NCBI GenBank assembly: GCA_963797555.1
Contig: CAWCPV010000003.1
Span: 128,001-192,000 of the forward strand
From: an uncultured Gammaproteobacteria bacterium
Lineage (GTDB): Bacteria; Pseudomonadota; Gammaproteobacteria; CAWCPV01
DNA length: 64,000 nucleotides
Direction: 5' to 3'
Shown here: positions 18,851-32,906 of the stretch, piece by piece
How positions within the stretch are numbered: position 1 is the first letter of the stretch
How the letters are laid out: the number at the start of each line of letters is the position of its first letter
The notes under the pieces: model-generated
Seen by the model: the letters and a program-made list of their open reading frames with translations, nothing else
The model's database searches: none
Told to the model about the DNA's origin: nothing
Position numbers and translations under genes: made by a program

Positions 18851-19483
18851 TCACCCTTGGTACCGCATCGCCGCATTCGCGCGCACCGCGCTGGTGCGGA
18901 AGGGCTTCAACCAACAAATGCTTACGGGCGGCCCCATCCAACTCTCGGTACGACACCGCTCACAACCCGTGCTGCGCGTCCTCCTGTAACAGCGGAAGTC
19001 GCCTCTCGGTTTGCTGGGGCGGGGAGGTTCTTCCGCGGAGGCCGCACCTTGCATCTGCTCCTCGGCCCACGCAAGAAGGCGTTGCAAGTCATTGACCGAT
19101 CGAGATATCTCTAGACTTTGCCGCCCAAAGGATGTGATACGATTCGACGGGGCCTGCAGCAACTCCCCGGTGGCGGTCTTCACGGCGCTCTCCGGCGCAG
19201 CCCGCTCCTGAACCTGGACGAGTGCCTTGAGCTGCGAAACCAGCTTCTCGCGCTCCGCCGGGTTCTCCAGAGTCTTGATGAGGGCTTGGACGCGGTCCGG
19301 CGAGACCTCGGCGCCCGCGGGTGCCGAAGCCGCGGGCTGCAGAGGTGCGGCGGGGGCGAGAGATGTCAGAGCCAAGCCGAATGCTAGGATCAACGCACCG
19401 CGCAACCCGGTCCCGGAAACCGCGATAGGAGAGCCGTGAATCATGACTGTCGCTCGTTCTTCGGCGCCTTGGGCAATAGCCAC
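18851..19483 (-). pseudogene. Possible N-terminal fragment of a large MscS-family channel
   Basis: Signal peptide followed by VQALIKTLENPAEREKLVSQLKAL; similarity is lost after ~140 aa and no membrane domain follows. Confidence 0.4.
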
Positions 19484-19584
19484 CCGAGTCTACCAGGCCG
19501 GCTTCCCGCCATGCACCTCGGCTGCGCCGCGGACGATGGGGCACGACCTCTTCCTACGCTTCTGATATTTGACAGGATCTCCTC

Positions 19585-20490
19585 ATGGAGAAACAGCTCC
19601 TGGAACGCGTTTACCAACTGCTGGACAGGGTGGACAGCCTCTTCTCTCGGCTGGAGGGTGCGGTGCCCATGACCGCTAAAGAGCCCGACTGGACCGCCCT
19701 CGCCTATCGCTGGCGCACGGCCGGTGATGGCGGGTCGCTGCAGCCAATAGCGCGTCCAGATACGCTCCCTCTGGGAGATCTGCTCTGCATGGATGCCCAG
19801 AAAGCGGCGCTGGTTCGAAACACCCGCCAGTTTCTGGCAGAGGCGCCCGCCAACAACGCCTTGCTCTGGGGCTCACGGGGCACGGGCAAGTCGTCGCTGG
19901 TGAAGGCGCTGCTGACGGAATACGGCCGCAGCGGGCTGCGTCTGATCGAGGTGGACAAGAGCGATCTCCTGCACCTTCCGGAGATTGTCGAACGGCTGTT
20001 CGACCGCCCCGAGCAGTTCATCCTGTTTGCGGACGACCTGTCCTTCGAGTCGAACGACCCCAGCTACAAGGCTCTCAAAGCGATCCTGGAGGGTTCGCTC
20101 TACTCCTCGCCCCAGAATGTGTTGTTCTACGCCACATCCAATCGCCGCCACCTGATGCCGGAATATCTCGACGAAAACCTGGACGCGAGAGTTCATGGCC
20201 ACGAGGTCCACCCGAGCGAGGCTGTCGAGGAGAAAATTTCTCTCTCGGAGCGCTTCGGACTGTGGTTGTCGTTCTACCCCTTCCGTCAAGAAGAATACCT
20301 GTCCATCGTGGATCACTGGCTGAATCGCCTCGGCCTCGACCCCAGCAGCAGCCCGGTCATTCATCGGGAGGCCCTGAGGTTCGCATTGCAAAGGGGATCC
20401 CGTAGCGGACGGGTCGCCCAGCAGTTCGCCCGCGACTGGGTCGGCAGGACCAGGCTCGGCGACCCGGAAACCCGCGGGCAGCCAGGCTGA
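19585..20490 (+). CDS. DUF815-family AAA+ ATPase
   Basis: NNALLWGSRGTGKSS, FADDLSFE, YATSNRRHL, EEKISLSERFGLW and RSGRVA motifs. Confidence 0.92.
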   Translation: MEKQLLERVYQLLDRVDSLFSRLEGAVPMTAKEPDWTALAYRWRTAGDGGSLQPIARPDTLPLGDLLCMDAQKAALVRNTRQFLAEAPANNALLWGSRGTGKSSLVKALLTEYGRSGLRLIEVDKSDLLHLPEIVERLFDRPEQFILFADDLSFESNDPSYKALKAILEGSLYSSPQNVLFYATSNRRHLMPEYLDENLDARVHGHEVHPSEAVEEKISLSERFGLWLSFYPFRQEEYLSIVDHWLNRLGLDPSSSPVIHREALRFALQRGSRSGRVAQQFARDWVGRTRLGDPETRGQPG

Positions 20491-21282
20491 TCGCGTGGGA
20501 TCCGACCGTCGCGGCAAAGGCCGCGCCCATCTCCACTATTGGGCTCGCGGGCCTACATTCGCTCCACCACGAGCGGCATTCCGTGGCGACGGCGGCGCCT
20601 GAGCGCCGGCCAGCGACTCCGATAGCAAGCAGCCGGAGGTTTTGCTCCGCCAGCGACGCCTCCGGTCTGTTTCCCCGCTTGATCGCGCACAGCGCCCCGA
20701 ACCCCTGGCCGCAGGACAGTCAGGCAACGGGCCGAAGGTGCCGTGCCCTTCTCGGCCATACCCGCGAGGGATGCGTGTGCCGGGTGGATGGACCCGCCCA
20801 TCGGCGCCGTAACGCGCCAACGAGCACCGCCCGCCGATGCAGCGGGCAGTGCGCCAAGTTTGCCTCGCCCCCACCCTGCCGGTTGAGGTACCGCCCGGCT
20901 CAAGGTGTCGGGAGGTGCAATGGGAGCCTGGCGCCCTTGGCCCGGGCGAGCGTAAGATGCCGCCGATACCTCGTCCGAGGCGATTTTCTGGTGCTCACCG
21001 GCCTGATGCGCGCGGTCGACAGCGTGGCTTGGGCGCAGCCGCGCAGCAGCGGGCGCAACCAGTCTGCGATGCTGGCGAGTTGACCGACTTCAGCACCCAC
21101 CAGAGGTGGAGGAAAAGGATCTGCTGGCGGCCGCGCCCACCGTGCGTCCCAGCGGAATCACGATGGGAAGGTGTTCGCGGCGGCCTATGCCGGTGGGACC
21201 TTCGCGGCGAGCGTCGGGTCACTGTGCGGCACGCTCGACCGCGCGAATCGGGTAAGGCCATCTTGGAGAGCGGAAAGCAAGG

Positions 21283-25475
<4,193 letters not shown>

Positions 25476-25479
<4 letters not shown>

Positions 25480-25910
25480 AGGAAATTCAACGGCCTATTT
25501 TGGAGGCCGGTGTAACGGTGGAGCGGTCGAGGGTCAAGGCGCCGCGGGAGATGTGAAGGTCGCAAGGGCGGTGTAGAGTGCCCTTGGCCGCCCGAGCCAG
25601 CCCAAGGGGTGGCGGGGGTTGCGGTCGGGGTGCTTTCGCGGATACCCACGCGAGCCCCGCCGCGCGAAGTCTACCAGGAGACTCTCTGGTCGAATTCGAC
25701 CTGCAGCGGCGACCAGAGTGGCACCCGCCTGGAAGCCCCGGGTCTGGAGCGCGGTGGTGTAGCCCGCCCCCGCGAGCCGCCAGGCGGTGCACTCCGCCTG
25801 CCCCGGGTCCGAGCGGATGTGGGCCACGCCGCGCAGCCTGTGCGAATGCTGCAGGCCCGCACGGCATAGCGAGCCCACCGCCTGAGCATGTCCCCAGGGA
25901 GGATCGACAC
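25476..25910 (-). mobile_element. IS91/ISCR-family 3' remnant with oriIS-like end
   Basis: Degenerate ORF ending EFDQRVSW*, as recalled for IS91-type transposase C-termini, followed by GCCGTTGAATTTCCTATGC at 25494-25476. Confidence 0.6.
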
Positions 25911-25916
25911 CTCTCG

Positions 25917-26456
25917 TCACACCGCCCACGCTCCCGCCAACAGACGAGGCAGCAGCGGCTGCAAGATGCGGTACGTGACTCCCCAGAGCCGGAACGAGCC
26001 GACTTGGTAGAACCCGATCCGCTGCGGTTCCGAGCCTCCAGGAAAGCATGCCACCTCTTCCCCATGCGCCTCTGGACGCCCCAGATCCCGAACCTTGACC
26101 TCGATGACTTCGGCAATCTCCCCTTCTCGTGGACACCATACGGGCGGCGGCACCATCCGAGCCAAGAACGGGAAAATCAGGAATCCCGTGGTCATGGTCT
26201 CCACAGCCGGCAGAGCCTCCAAGACCTCGATAGCGCCGGTCGCAATTCCAATCTCTTCGTTCGCTTCACGCAGCGCGGTGTCAAGCACGGAGGCATCCGC
26301 CGGCTCACGTTTCCCGCCGGGAAAGGCCAGTTGTCCGGCGTGGATGCCTCCTTCTCCACGCCGAACGAGTACCAGTCTCAGGTCTGCGTCGTTGCGGCGA
26401 CAGAGAGGGACTATGACCGCAGCCTCGCGGACAGCTTTCTGTCGGTTTGACATCAC
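25917..26456 (-). CDS. Nudix hydrolase (CoA pyrophosphatase-like)
   Basis: HAGQLAFPGGKRE...TALREANEEIGI Nudix box; LWGVTYRIL. Confidence 0.9.
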   Translation of the reverse strand: MMSNRQKAVREAAVIVPLCRRNDADLRLVLVRRGEGGIHAGQLAFPGGKREPADASVLDTALREANEEIGIATGAIEVLEALPAVETMTTGFLIFPFLARMVPPPVWCPREGEIAEVIEVKVRDLGRPEAHGEEVACFPGGSEPQRIGFYQVGSFRLWGVTYRILQPLLPRLLAGAWAV

Positions 26457-26558
26457 AATGCCCCAGGCCCGAGACCCAACCGGCTGCAGTCTCGCCGTTC
26501 TCCACGGCCTCCGCCATCGGAGGCATTCGGGGGGTCCCTCTCGGTCCGATTAAGACTA

Positions 26559-27228
26559 TCACGTGTCCCATCGCCCCACCGACTTGGAGCGGTTCGAAAG
26601 CGTCAAGCACTTCTGCTCCTGGCTCGGACTGTGCCCGGCGTCAGCGCTCGCGCGATGTCTTGCTCGCTGGCCCGGATGCGCCGGCTGACGGTGCCGCGCC
26701 AGCACCCGCGCATCGCGCTGGCCGGACACAATGTCGCCGATGATCGCCTGGCCCGTCTGGCCCATCACGTCGCTGATGACCTCGGTGAGCTGGATGTTCA
26801 TCTGCACTAGCGCCTTTTGCATGCGCTGCACCCAACTGGCCTGCTCGGTGAGCCGCGGGTCGCAACGCTGCGCGCAGCAGCCCATGGCTCATGAGCTTTT
26901 GCAGCCACTGGCAGTCCTGCACGTCGCTCTTGCGCCCCGGCACGTACTTCACCTGCCGCGCATCAACCCGCCACACCTTCAAGCCACGGCTCTCCAACAC
27001 CTCGTACACCGGGACCCAGTACCCCCCAGTGGACTCCAGCGCCACCCCATCGACCCCGCAGGCGAGTAGCCAGTCGGCCAGGGCGTTGAGGTCATCGGTC
27101 ATCGTAGCGACTTCGCGCACCGGGGCATCGCTGCTATGCGCAGGCACTGCCACCCAGTGACTCGATGCCCCTACCTCCACCACCGCCGCGTTGGGAAAAA
27201 CCTCCTCTTCTCGCTTGCGCATCGCCAT
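26559..27228 (-). pseudogene. IS110-family recombinase, internally deleted
   Basis: VALESTGGYW, VPGRKSDVQDCQWL, RMQKALVQMNIQL...SDVMGQTG; the C-terminal domain is mostly missing. Confidence 0.85.
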
Positions 27229-27469
27229 GGCCTGCTCCACTCTCGTTGAGGAACGGCAGCGCCATGGGAAGCATCGAAATCGACTCGATCCTCTCAAACG
27301 GGATGCGGCTCGCGCCGCTCACCATTGTCACCGACGATTCCCGGACCACGCTCAGAGACGAGCCTCGCACCAAGGCGTCGGCTAACGCCGCGGGCTCGCA
27401 CCCATGACGTGTCGGTCATCTCGGCGCTGCCGCTCACCTTGTACCTCATCGGCGTTTCTTCCAGAACAC

Positions 27470-28020
27470 CTGGCCCGCGCGCGGGATTGGGTTGCTCAGA
27501 GCGCGCTCAATACGGGCCAGACACAGACTTGGATTCCGGAGTGTACACGAGGGTCTCGGTGGACGAGGCGGGGCCATACTCCGGGAGCGCGTCGTCCCAG
27601 GGACCCAAGCTGGAAGAGATGCCGCCCCTGGAGCTGGTCAATGCTTACTACACCGCAGACACCAACGTCAACGTGCGGGGCGGCCCCGCCACGGAGTATC
27701 CCATCCTGCACACGCTGCGCCGCGGCGAGCGCGTCCCGGTGATCGGGAAGGTCCAGGGGGCCGAGTGGTTCATGATCGCCGAAGGAGGGACCGGGAGCGG
27801 ATTCCTGTATGCACCCATCGTGTCTCCCTCGGACAGCCAGCCCGAGAACGGCAACGCCATCCGGCACGCGATGATGCTGGGAGAGCAGCCCCAGCGCTAC
27901 ACGGCCGACACTCGGGAGTGCCGGCGTATCACTCAGGAGGTCGTTCTGCCGAGCGGTCAGAAGAGCGTGCACCACTTCACCGCCTGCCGGCAGCCGGACG
28001 GCGCCTGGGCGGAGGTCTAG
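27470..28020 (+). pseudogene. SH3b-domain surface protein, 5' truncated or frameshifted
   Basis: NVNVRGGPATEYPILHTL...VIGKV...WF (SH3b) and C-terminal CRRITQEV...TACRQPDGAW; no clear start next to the IS110 end. Confidence 0.6.
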
Positions 28021-28022
28021 GC

Positions 28023-29009
28023 GTGCGGCCAGCAAGGCTGGTCGCATGCGCAGGCACGCTCGCTGTGGCGTTCGCGGGTCCTGCGGCTGCGGACCGCCTC
28101 CTGATGGAGGCTCCCGGGCTCACGGCCAGCCTGGACCAGCCCCTGCAGTGCGACAAACCCGCGAGCGTGACGGTGGAGGCGGCTCAGCCGGATCTGTTCA
28201 ATGCGCAGTCACCGGAGCTGCAGCGGCTGGTCGATGCCCTGCACGCCATGCTGGCCTTCGAATGCCCCGGCCTGCCCGAGATCCAGGTGCGCGGGGTGTT
28301 GAAAGGCTTGCGCGAGCCGGTCTATCGCGGGACCGCCGCGTCTCAGGGGAACTGGGCGCTGCAAGCCGAGCGGACGGTCCAGTCGGAGGTCCCTTCGGCA
28401 CCCGAGACGGCCGGCCGAGCGCCGGAGGCGGAGGGCGCCCCAGGGCCGGAAAGCGCCGCCTACACGGTCGCCGGCCTGTCCCCGGGAATGACCGTCGAGG
28501 AGGCCGGTGCGGCCGTCGCGGACACCTTCGGCGTGCGGCCCGAATATGATGCGCAGAATGGCCTGATGACCATGTACGCCGACGGATGCCCGCAGGGATA
28601 TCCTCGGAACGACCGGCAGCTTGCGCCCCGCGCCGGTTGGAAGTGCCTGCGGGCCTGGTTCACGGACCAGCGCGTGCCGAAGCTCTATCTGCTGGAGCTC
28701 GTTCAGGTTGTGGGCGGCCACGGGACGGATGCGGTCGAACGCGCACTGACGCAGCGCTACGGGGAGCCCGCCCAAGCATCGCACGGAGCGCCGCCGGCAA
28801 GGGAAAACGCCCTTTATCTGTCCTGGGGGGACACCGTGGATGCGGGGATAGCGCTGCCGCCGGGGGCGCCACGTCCGTCTCACGTGCTGGAGGCGGTGGT
28901 CGAGCCGGTCGACGAAGTGGTCGTCACGACCGTCACGCTGTCCGGACCCGGCCTTAAGAGTCCTCGCGGCCGGTCCCAGCCAGCCGGCGGGCTCGACCTG
29001 AAGTTCTGA
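28023..29009 (+). CDS. Hypothetical exported protein
   Basis: GTG start 2 nt after the upstream stop; signal peptide RLVACAGTLAVAFAGPAAA; open for ~328 aa. Confidence 0.65.
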   Translation: MRPARLVACAGTLAVAFAGPAAADRLLMEAPGLTASLDQPLQCDKPASVTVEAAQPDLFNAQSPELQRLVDALHAMLAFECPGLPEIQVRGVLKGLREPVYRGTAASQGNWALQAERTVQSEVPSAPETAGRAPEAEGAPGPESAAYTVAGLSPGMTVEEAGAAVADTFGVRPEYDAQNGLMTMYADGCPQGYPRNDRQLAPRAGWKCLRAWFTDQRVPKLYLLELVQVVGGHGTDAVERALTQRYGEPAQASHGAPPARENALYLSWGDTVDAGIALPPGAPRPSHVLEAVVEPVDEVVVTTVTLSGPGLKSPRGRSQPAGGLDLKF

Positions 29010-29034
29010 GCGCGCAGAGAGTCGCAGGGCGTGC

Positions 29035-29259
29035 TCGCCGGTTGCCTGCCGCTTCCAAGCGAGGCGACAAAGACTGCCCGGGGGCATGGCGGCGTCCGCG
29101 GTGTCTATGTAGCATGGGCCGACATGGCCTACCTTTCGCTTGGGCCAAGATCCACTGCCTGGCTGTCGCGAGGGCACCGTGCACAAAGTAACCTGCTGTA
29201 TACTCGCGGGAGTCCTCTGGCCCTCCGATGCCGCCGCAGGACGGCGGGCACAGGCGACG
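29035..29259 (+). repeat. ~225-bp intergenic element, copy 1
   Basis: Shares colinear blocks with 29974-30195, e.g. CATGGCGGCGTCC, GGCCGACATGG, CTGCTGTATACTCGCGGG, GACGGCGGGCACAGGCGACG. Confidence 0.8.
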
Positions 29260-29337
29260 GCGGGGATTGGCGGACAGTGTCCGTGTTTAGGAACAGGCAC
29301 CATCCGGCTAACCACATAATGTCAGACGCTCGATCCA

Positions 29338-29619
29338 GTGACGCGGCACACGATCAGCTATATTCGCGAGTGCATTCGGTCGCTGAACTACGTCGTTTCC
29401 TTGCATGCCTCGGAAGAGCTTGACGATGACAATCTCACGATCCTCGACCTCGAAAACATCGTCCTCACGGGCGAAATCACCGAGCGCCAGCGCGATCGCC
29501 AAACGCGGCAAGTCAAGTCGCTCGTCCGCGGAACCACGCTCGCCGGCGACGAAGGTGAGGCCCTCGTCAAAGTCGGACCAACCGGAACGCTCGTCATCAT
29601 CACCGTCTATCTCGTCTAA
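29338..29619 (+). CDS. DUF4258-family protein (putative toxin)
   Basis: YVVSLHASEELDDDNL...DLENIVLTGEI...LVIITVY pattern, coupled to a zinc-finger gene. Confidence 0.75.
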   Translation: MTRHTISYIRECIRSLNYVVSLHASEELDDDNLTILDLENIVLTGEITERQRDRQTRQVKSLVRGTTLAGDEGEALVKVGPTGTLVIITVYLV

Positions 29620-29860
29620 GGACGTCTGCGCCTCATGTGGACGGAAGGGAGTTGAACTTCGGCACGTCACGCGCAGTTTCGGGCGCGGTGAAAAGCTGCT
29701 CGTCATCGAGAACATCCCCATGTGGTCGTGTCCTCACTGCGGGCAGTCGTATTTCACGGCGCGTACGATGCACGAAATCGAGCGCATCAAATCGCTGCGG
29801 AAGTCTGTAGCTGTTGATCGTTCGGTTCCAGTGGCGGTGTTTCACGAGCCGCGTGTGTAA
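29609..29860 (+). CDS. YgiT/MqsA-type zinc-finger protein (canonical start codon not evident; ATC at 29609)
   Basis: CASC...LLVIENIPMWSCPHCGQSYF. Confidence 0.75.
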   Translation: MSSKDVCASCGRKGVELRHVTRSFGRGEKLLVIENIPMWSCPHCGQSYFTARTMHEIERIKSLRKSVAVDRSVPVAVFHEPRV

Positions 29861-29973
29861 CATTTCGCTCAACGCGGACGCCCGCGACGCCGGCAAGGGC
29901 AAATGCACGGTCGCAGGTCGTTGCGGACCTGGCACAAGGCCGATGCGGTTCACACCCACGGAACAACGCAGAT

Positions 29974-30195
29974 TCGCCGGTTGTCGCCTGCAAGAGAGGC
30001 GGCGAAAACTTAACCGGCAGCATGGCGGCGTCCCCCGTCTCTGTACGGAGGATAGGCCGACATGGTCCACCTTTCGTCTCGGTGGAGATCCCATGCCTGA
30101 GTGTCGCAAGGGCACCGTGCGCAAACTAATCTGCTGTATACTCGCGGGGCTTCTGGCCCCCCGCTGCAACGGCGAGACGGCGGGCACAGGCGACG
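29974..30195 (+). repeat. ~222-bp intergenic element, copy 2
   Basis: Direct diverged repeat of 29035-29259. Confidence 0.8.
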
Positions 30196-31467
30196 AGCCG
30201 GGGCACCTCAACCCGATGGTGGCGCTCGCCGACGCGATCCGCCGCCGCGGGCATCGCGTCACCTTTTTCCTGTTGGGCGACACGCCTGGGTCGGCGGCAG
30301 CGGCGGGGTTCGAGGTCATCCCGTTGGGCGGCTCCATCTTCCCGCCGGATGAGTACACAGCCGGGATGCACCGGCTCGGCACCCTCGAAGGCCGGGCGGC
30401 GCTCGAGCATACGCTCGCGCTGGGCGCCCGCGCGGCCGAAGCCATCTTGGAAGTCGGCCCGGTCGCCGCTCGTGGGGCCGGGATCACGGCCCTGCTCGTG
30501 GATCAGGCTTCGTTCCCCGGCGGCACGGTGGCGGACCAGCTCGGCCTGCCGTTCGCGACTGTATGCAACGCGCTGCTGTTGAACCCTGACCCGGCCGTCC
30601 CGCCGTTCTTTCACCCACTGGCGACCGCGCGATGTCTGGTGGGCGCGACTGCGCAACCGGATCGCCTGGGCGGGGCTGAACCGGCTGTACGCCCCGATCC
30701 TGATCCGGATCCAGGAGCGGCGACGGCAGCTCGGCTTGCCGGTGCCCGCGCACATCGCGGATGTTTGGTCGAGCCGACTGCAGGTCAGCCAGCAGCCGGA
30801 GGCGCTCGAGTTCCCCCGGCGGGCGCTGCCGAAGCAGGTCCGGTTCGTCGGGCCGCTGCGGGTCCCGGCAGGCTACCCCCCGGTTCCGTTTCCCTGGGAG
30901 CGGCTCGACGGCCGCCGGCTGATTTACGCGTCGCTCGGCACGCTGCAGAACCGCGTCGCCGGGACCTTCCGGATGATCGCGCAAGCCTGTGACGGGCTCG
31001 ACGCGCAGTTGGTCATCTCGACCGGCCACGGGGTCGCTCCGGAGGCTCTCGGCGATCTCCCAGGCCGGCCGGTCGTGGTGCCCTACGCTCCACAACTGGA
31101 GATGCTCCGCCGGGCCGTCGTCGCGGTCACCCATGCCGGCCTGAACACGTCCCTCGACGCGTTGAGCAGCGGCCTCCCGATGGTGGCCATCCCGGTAGCC
31201 AATGAGCAGCCGGGCATCGCCGCCCGGATTGCCTGGATAGGGGCCGGGGAGAGCGTCACGCTCTCACGGGCGACCCCATCGAGGCTGCGCTCGTTGATAA
31301 GCCGGGTGCTGTCAGCCCCGTCCTACACCGCCGCTGCCCAGCGTGTCCGTGACTCCATCCAGGTCGGTGGCGGTGCTCCGCGCGCCGCAGAGATGATCGA
31401 GCAGCGCTTGGGCCCTCGGGACCTGATTTCGCAGTTCGGTGGTGCAAGCGGCGCGCCCGGGAAATGA
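30196..31467 (+). pseudogene. GT1 (MGT/UDP-glycosyltransferase) with frameshift near 30610 and missing N-terminus
   Basis: GHLNPMVALA...GHRVTF; IYASLGTL; YAPQLEML...THAGLNTSLDALSSGLPMVAIP...EQP. Confidence 0.85.
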
Positions 31468-31505
31468 TCGTCGGTCCCCTACTGTTCTCTACTTCATCCC
31501 TGGAC

Positions 31506-31856
31506 TTACCCGGTCTCGTCCTCGCGAATGATCCGAAGCACGTCCTCAGCCCCGATGTCTGACTGCTCGGTCTTCGAGTAGATGGTCACGAGCACCAGCT
31601 CCGTATCCGTTTTCAGGTAGTAAATGACCCGATAGCCACCGCTCTTGCCGCGCTTGGCGTCGGTGTTTCTCGCCCGTACCTTGAAGACCGTGTACCCCAG
31701 ACCCTGGATTTGCTCGCCAGGCGCTTCGCCGGCCTCAAGCTGGTGGACGATCGGCTGGACATCTGATCGGATGTGGCGGTATCGGCGGCTTAAGCGCTTG
31801 AGCTGGCGTTTGAATGCCTCTGAGTAGCTGACCGCTACAGCGCTAGTCCGCGTCAA
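31506..31856 (-). CDS. RelE/HigB-like toxin
   Basis: [12 protein letters not shown]...[24 protein letters not shown]...IYSKTEQSD. Confidence 0.85.
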   Translation of the reverse strand: MTRTSAVAVSYSEAFKRQLKRLSRRYRHIRSDVQPIVHQLEAGEAPGEQIQGLGYTVFKVRARNTDAKRGKSGGYRVIYYLKTDTELVLVTIYSKTEQSDIGAEDVLRIIREDETG

Positions 31857-32070
31857 TATCGTCCCACAGGGTTTCGACCGGACGGACGCGGCCGGCCTTC
31901 ACGTCGCACCACCCTTCGCGGAAGGACTCGGCCGCAGTCGGCCAAGGCTCGTCCTCCTCGATGCCCTCTCGGAAGGAATGGACCAACCGCAGCAGCAGCG
32001 GCCGGTAACGCTCCGGCGTGCGCTCGATCTCGGCGTAGAGCTGTTGAGTAACGTCTTTGGTATCCGTCAT
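31843..32070 (-). CDS. Probable antitoxin
   Basis: Small acidic ORF ending [25 protein letters not shown], overlapping the toxin start. Confidence 0.75.
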   Translation of the reverse strand: MTDTKDVTQQLYAEIERTPERYRPLLLRLVHSFREGIEEDEPWPTAAESFREGWCDVKAGRVRPVETLWDDIDAD

Positions 32071-32285
32071 CGTGATCCACGTGGGCGAAGTGTCGGGGGA
32101 TAGGCAATCCACTGGCCCTAGGCTGTGAGGAGTGTAGTGTCGGCGGCGCAGAGCGGTCAAGGCGCGGGAAAGAGTGGTATCGGTCGAGAAGGCGAGGGGT
32201 TGAGTGCGCGAGGCAGCACGCAGGGCGGTGCCCGCGGTGGCGATCCGCTCGCCGCCGCCGGCTGACCAACGCTAGGCCAGCCGGC

Positions 32286-32313
32286 TTGACGGTCTCCGGC
32301 GTGAAGGTATGAT
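32286..32313 (+). promoter_or_regulatory. Sigma70-like promoter
   Basis: TTGACG-16 nt-TATGAT directly before the PemK remnant. Confidence 0.5.
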
Positions 32314-32316
32314 ATT

Positions 32317-32601
32317 GAGCGTGAGCAGACCGGCCTTCGCCCGGTGCTTATCTTGAGTCAGGATGTCTTTAACGAGCGCTCGGGCACGGTCATCGCCATG
32401 GCCATCACCAGCCAGCCGCAACGAGCAGGCTTCCCGCTGACCCACGAACTGAATACGGCGACCTTGCCAAAACGCTCCTGGGTCAAGATAAGCCAAGTTC
32501 GAACCCTGGCAGTTGAGCGTATCGGTAAGCGGGTGGGAGCGGTCGCACCGGAAGAGTTAGCGCAAGTCATCGAGGGCCTTAATGAAATCATTGGAGCTTA
32601 A
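32317..32601 (+). pseudogene. PemK/MazF toxin, 5' truncated, no antitoxin
   Basis: REQTGLRPVLILSQDVFN...AITSQ...KISQVRTLAVERI. Confidence 0.8.
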
Positions 32602-32906
32602 CCAATAAGGATTGAGGCGACCCGAAGGGTCGTTTCAATCCAGCGTTCAAGACGCCTGGTGGGTGCGTTGGGTCTTTTTAACAGCAAGGGGGGATTGCTT
32701 CAGCGGCGGCTTAAGCTCTTACGGCGGCGCAGGGGCCGCGCGTTGTTTCGCCCGCTGGTTGGGGCGGGCCGGTATGCGCCGGATTGGCCACCCCCCTGGG
32801 ACGAGTGGATAGGGCAACGTGCCGATCCAAGTCAAACGATGAAGGTGTGCACAGGCAGAGCCTGCTTACCAGTTGAAGGTGCTTGGGTCTTCGCGGGAGA
32901 GAGGCC

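Noticed and set aside
20553-21100. Possible decayed maturase or transposase fragment
   Set aside because: Only a vague LRPLLRG similarity; no recognisable catalytic motif.
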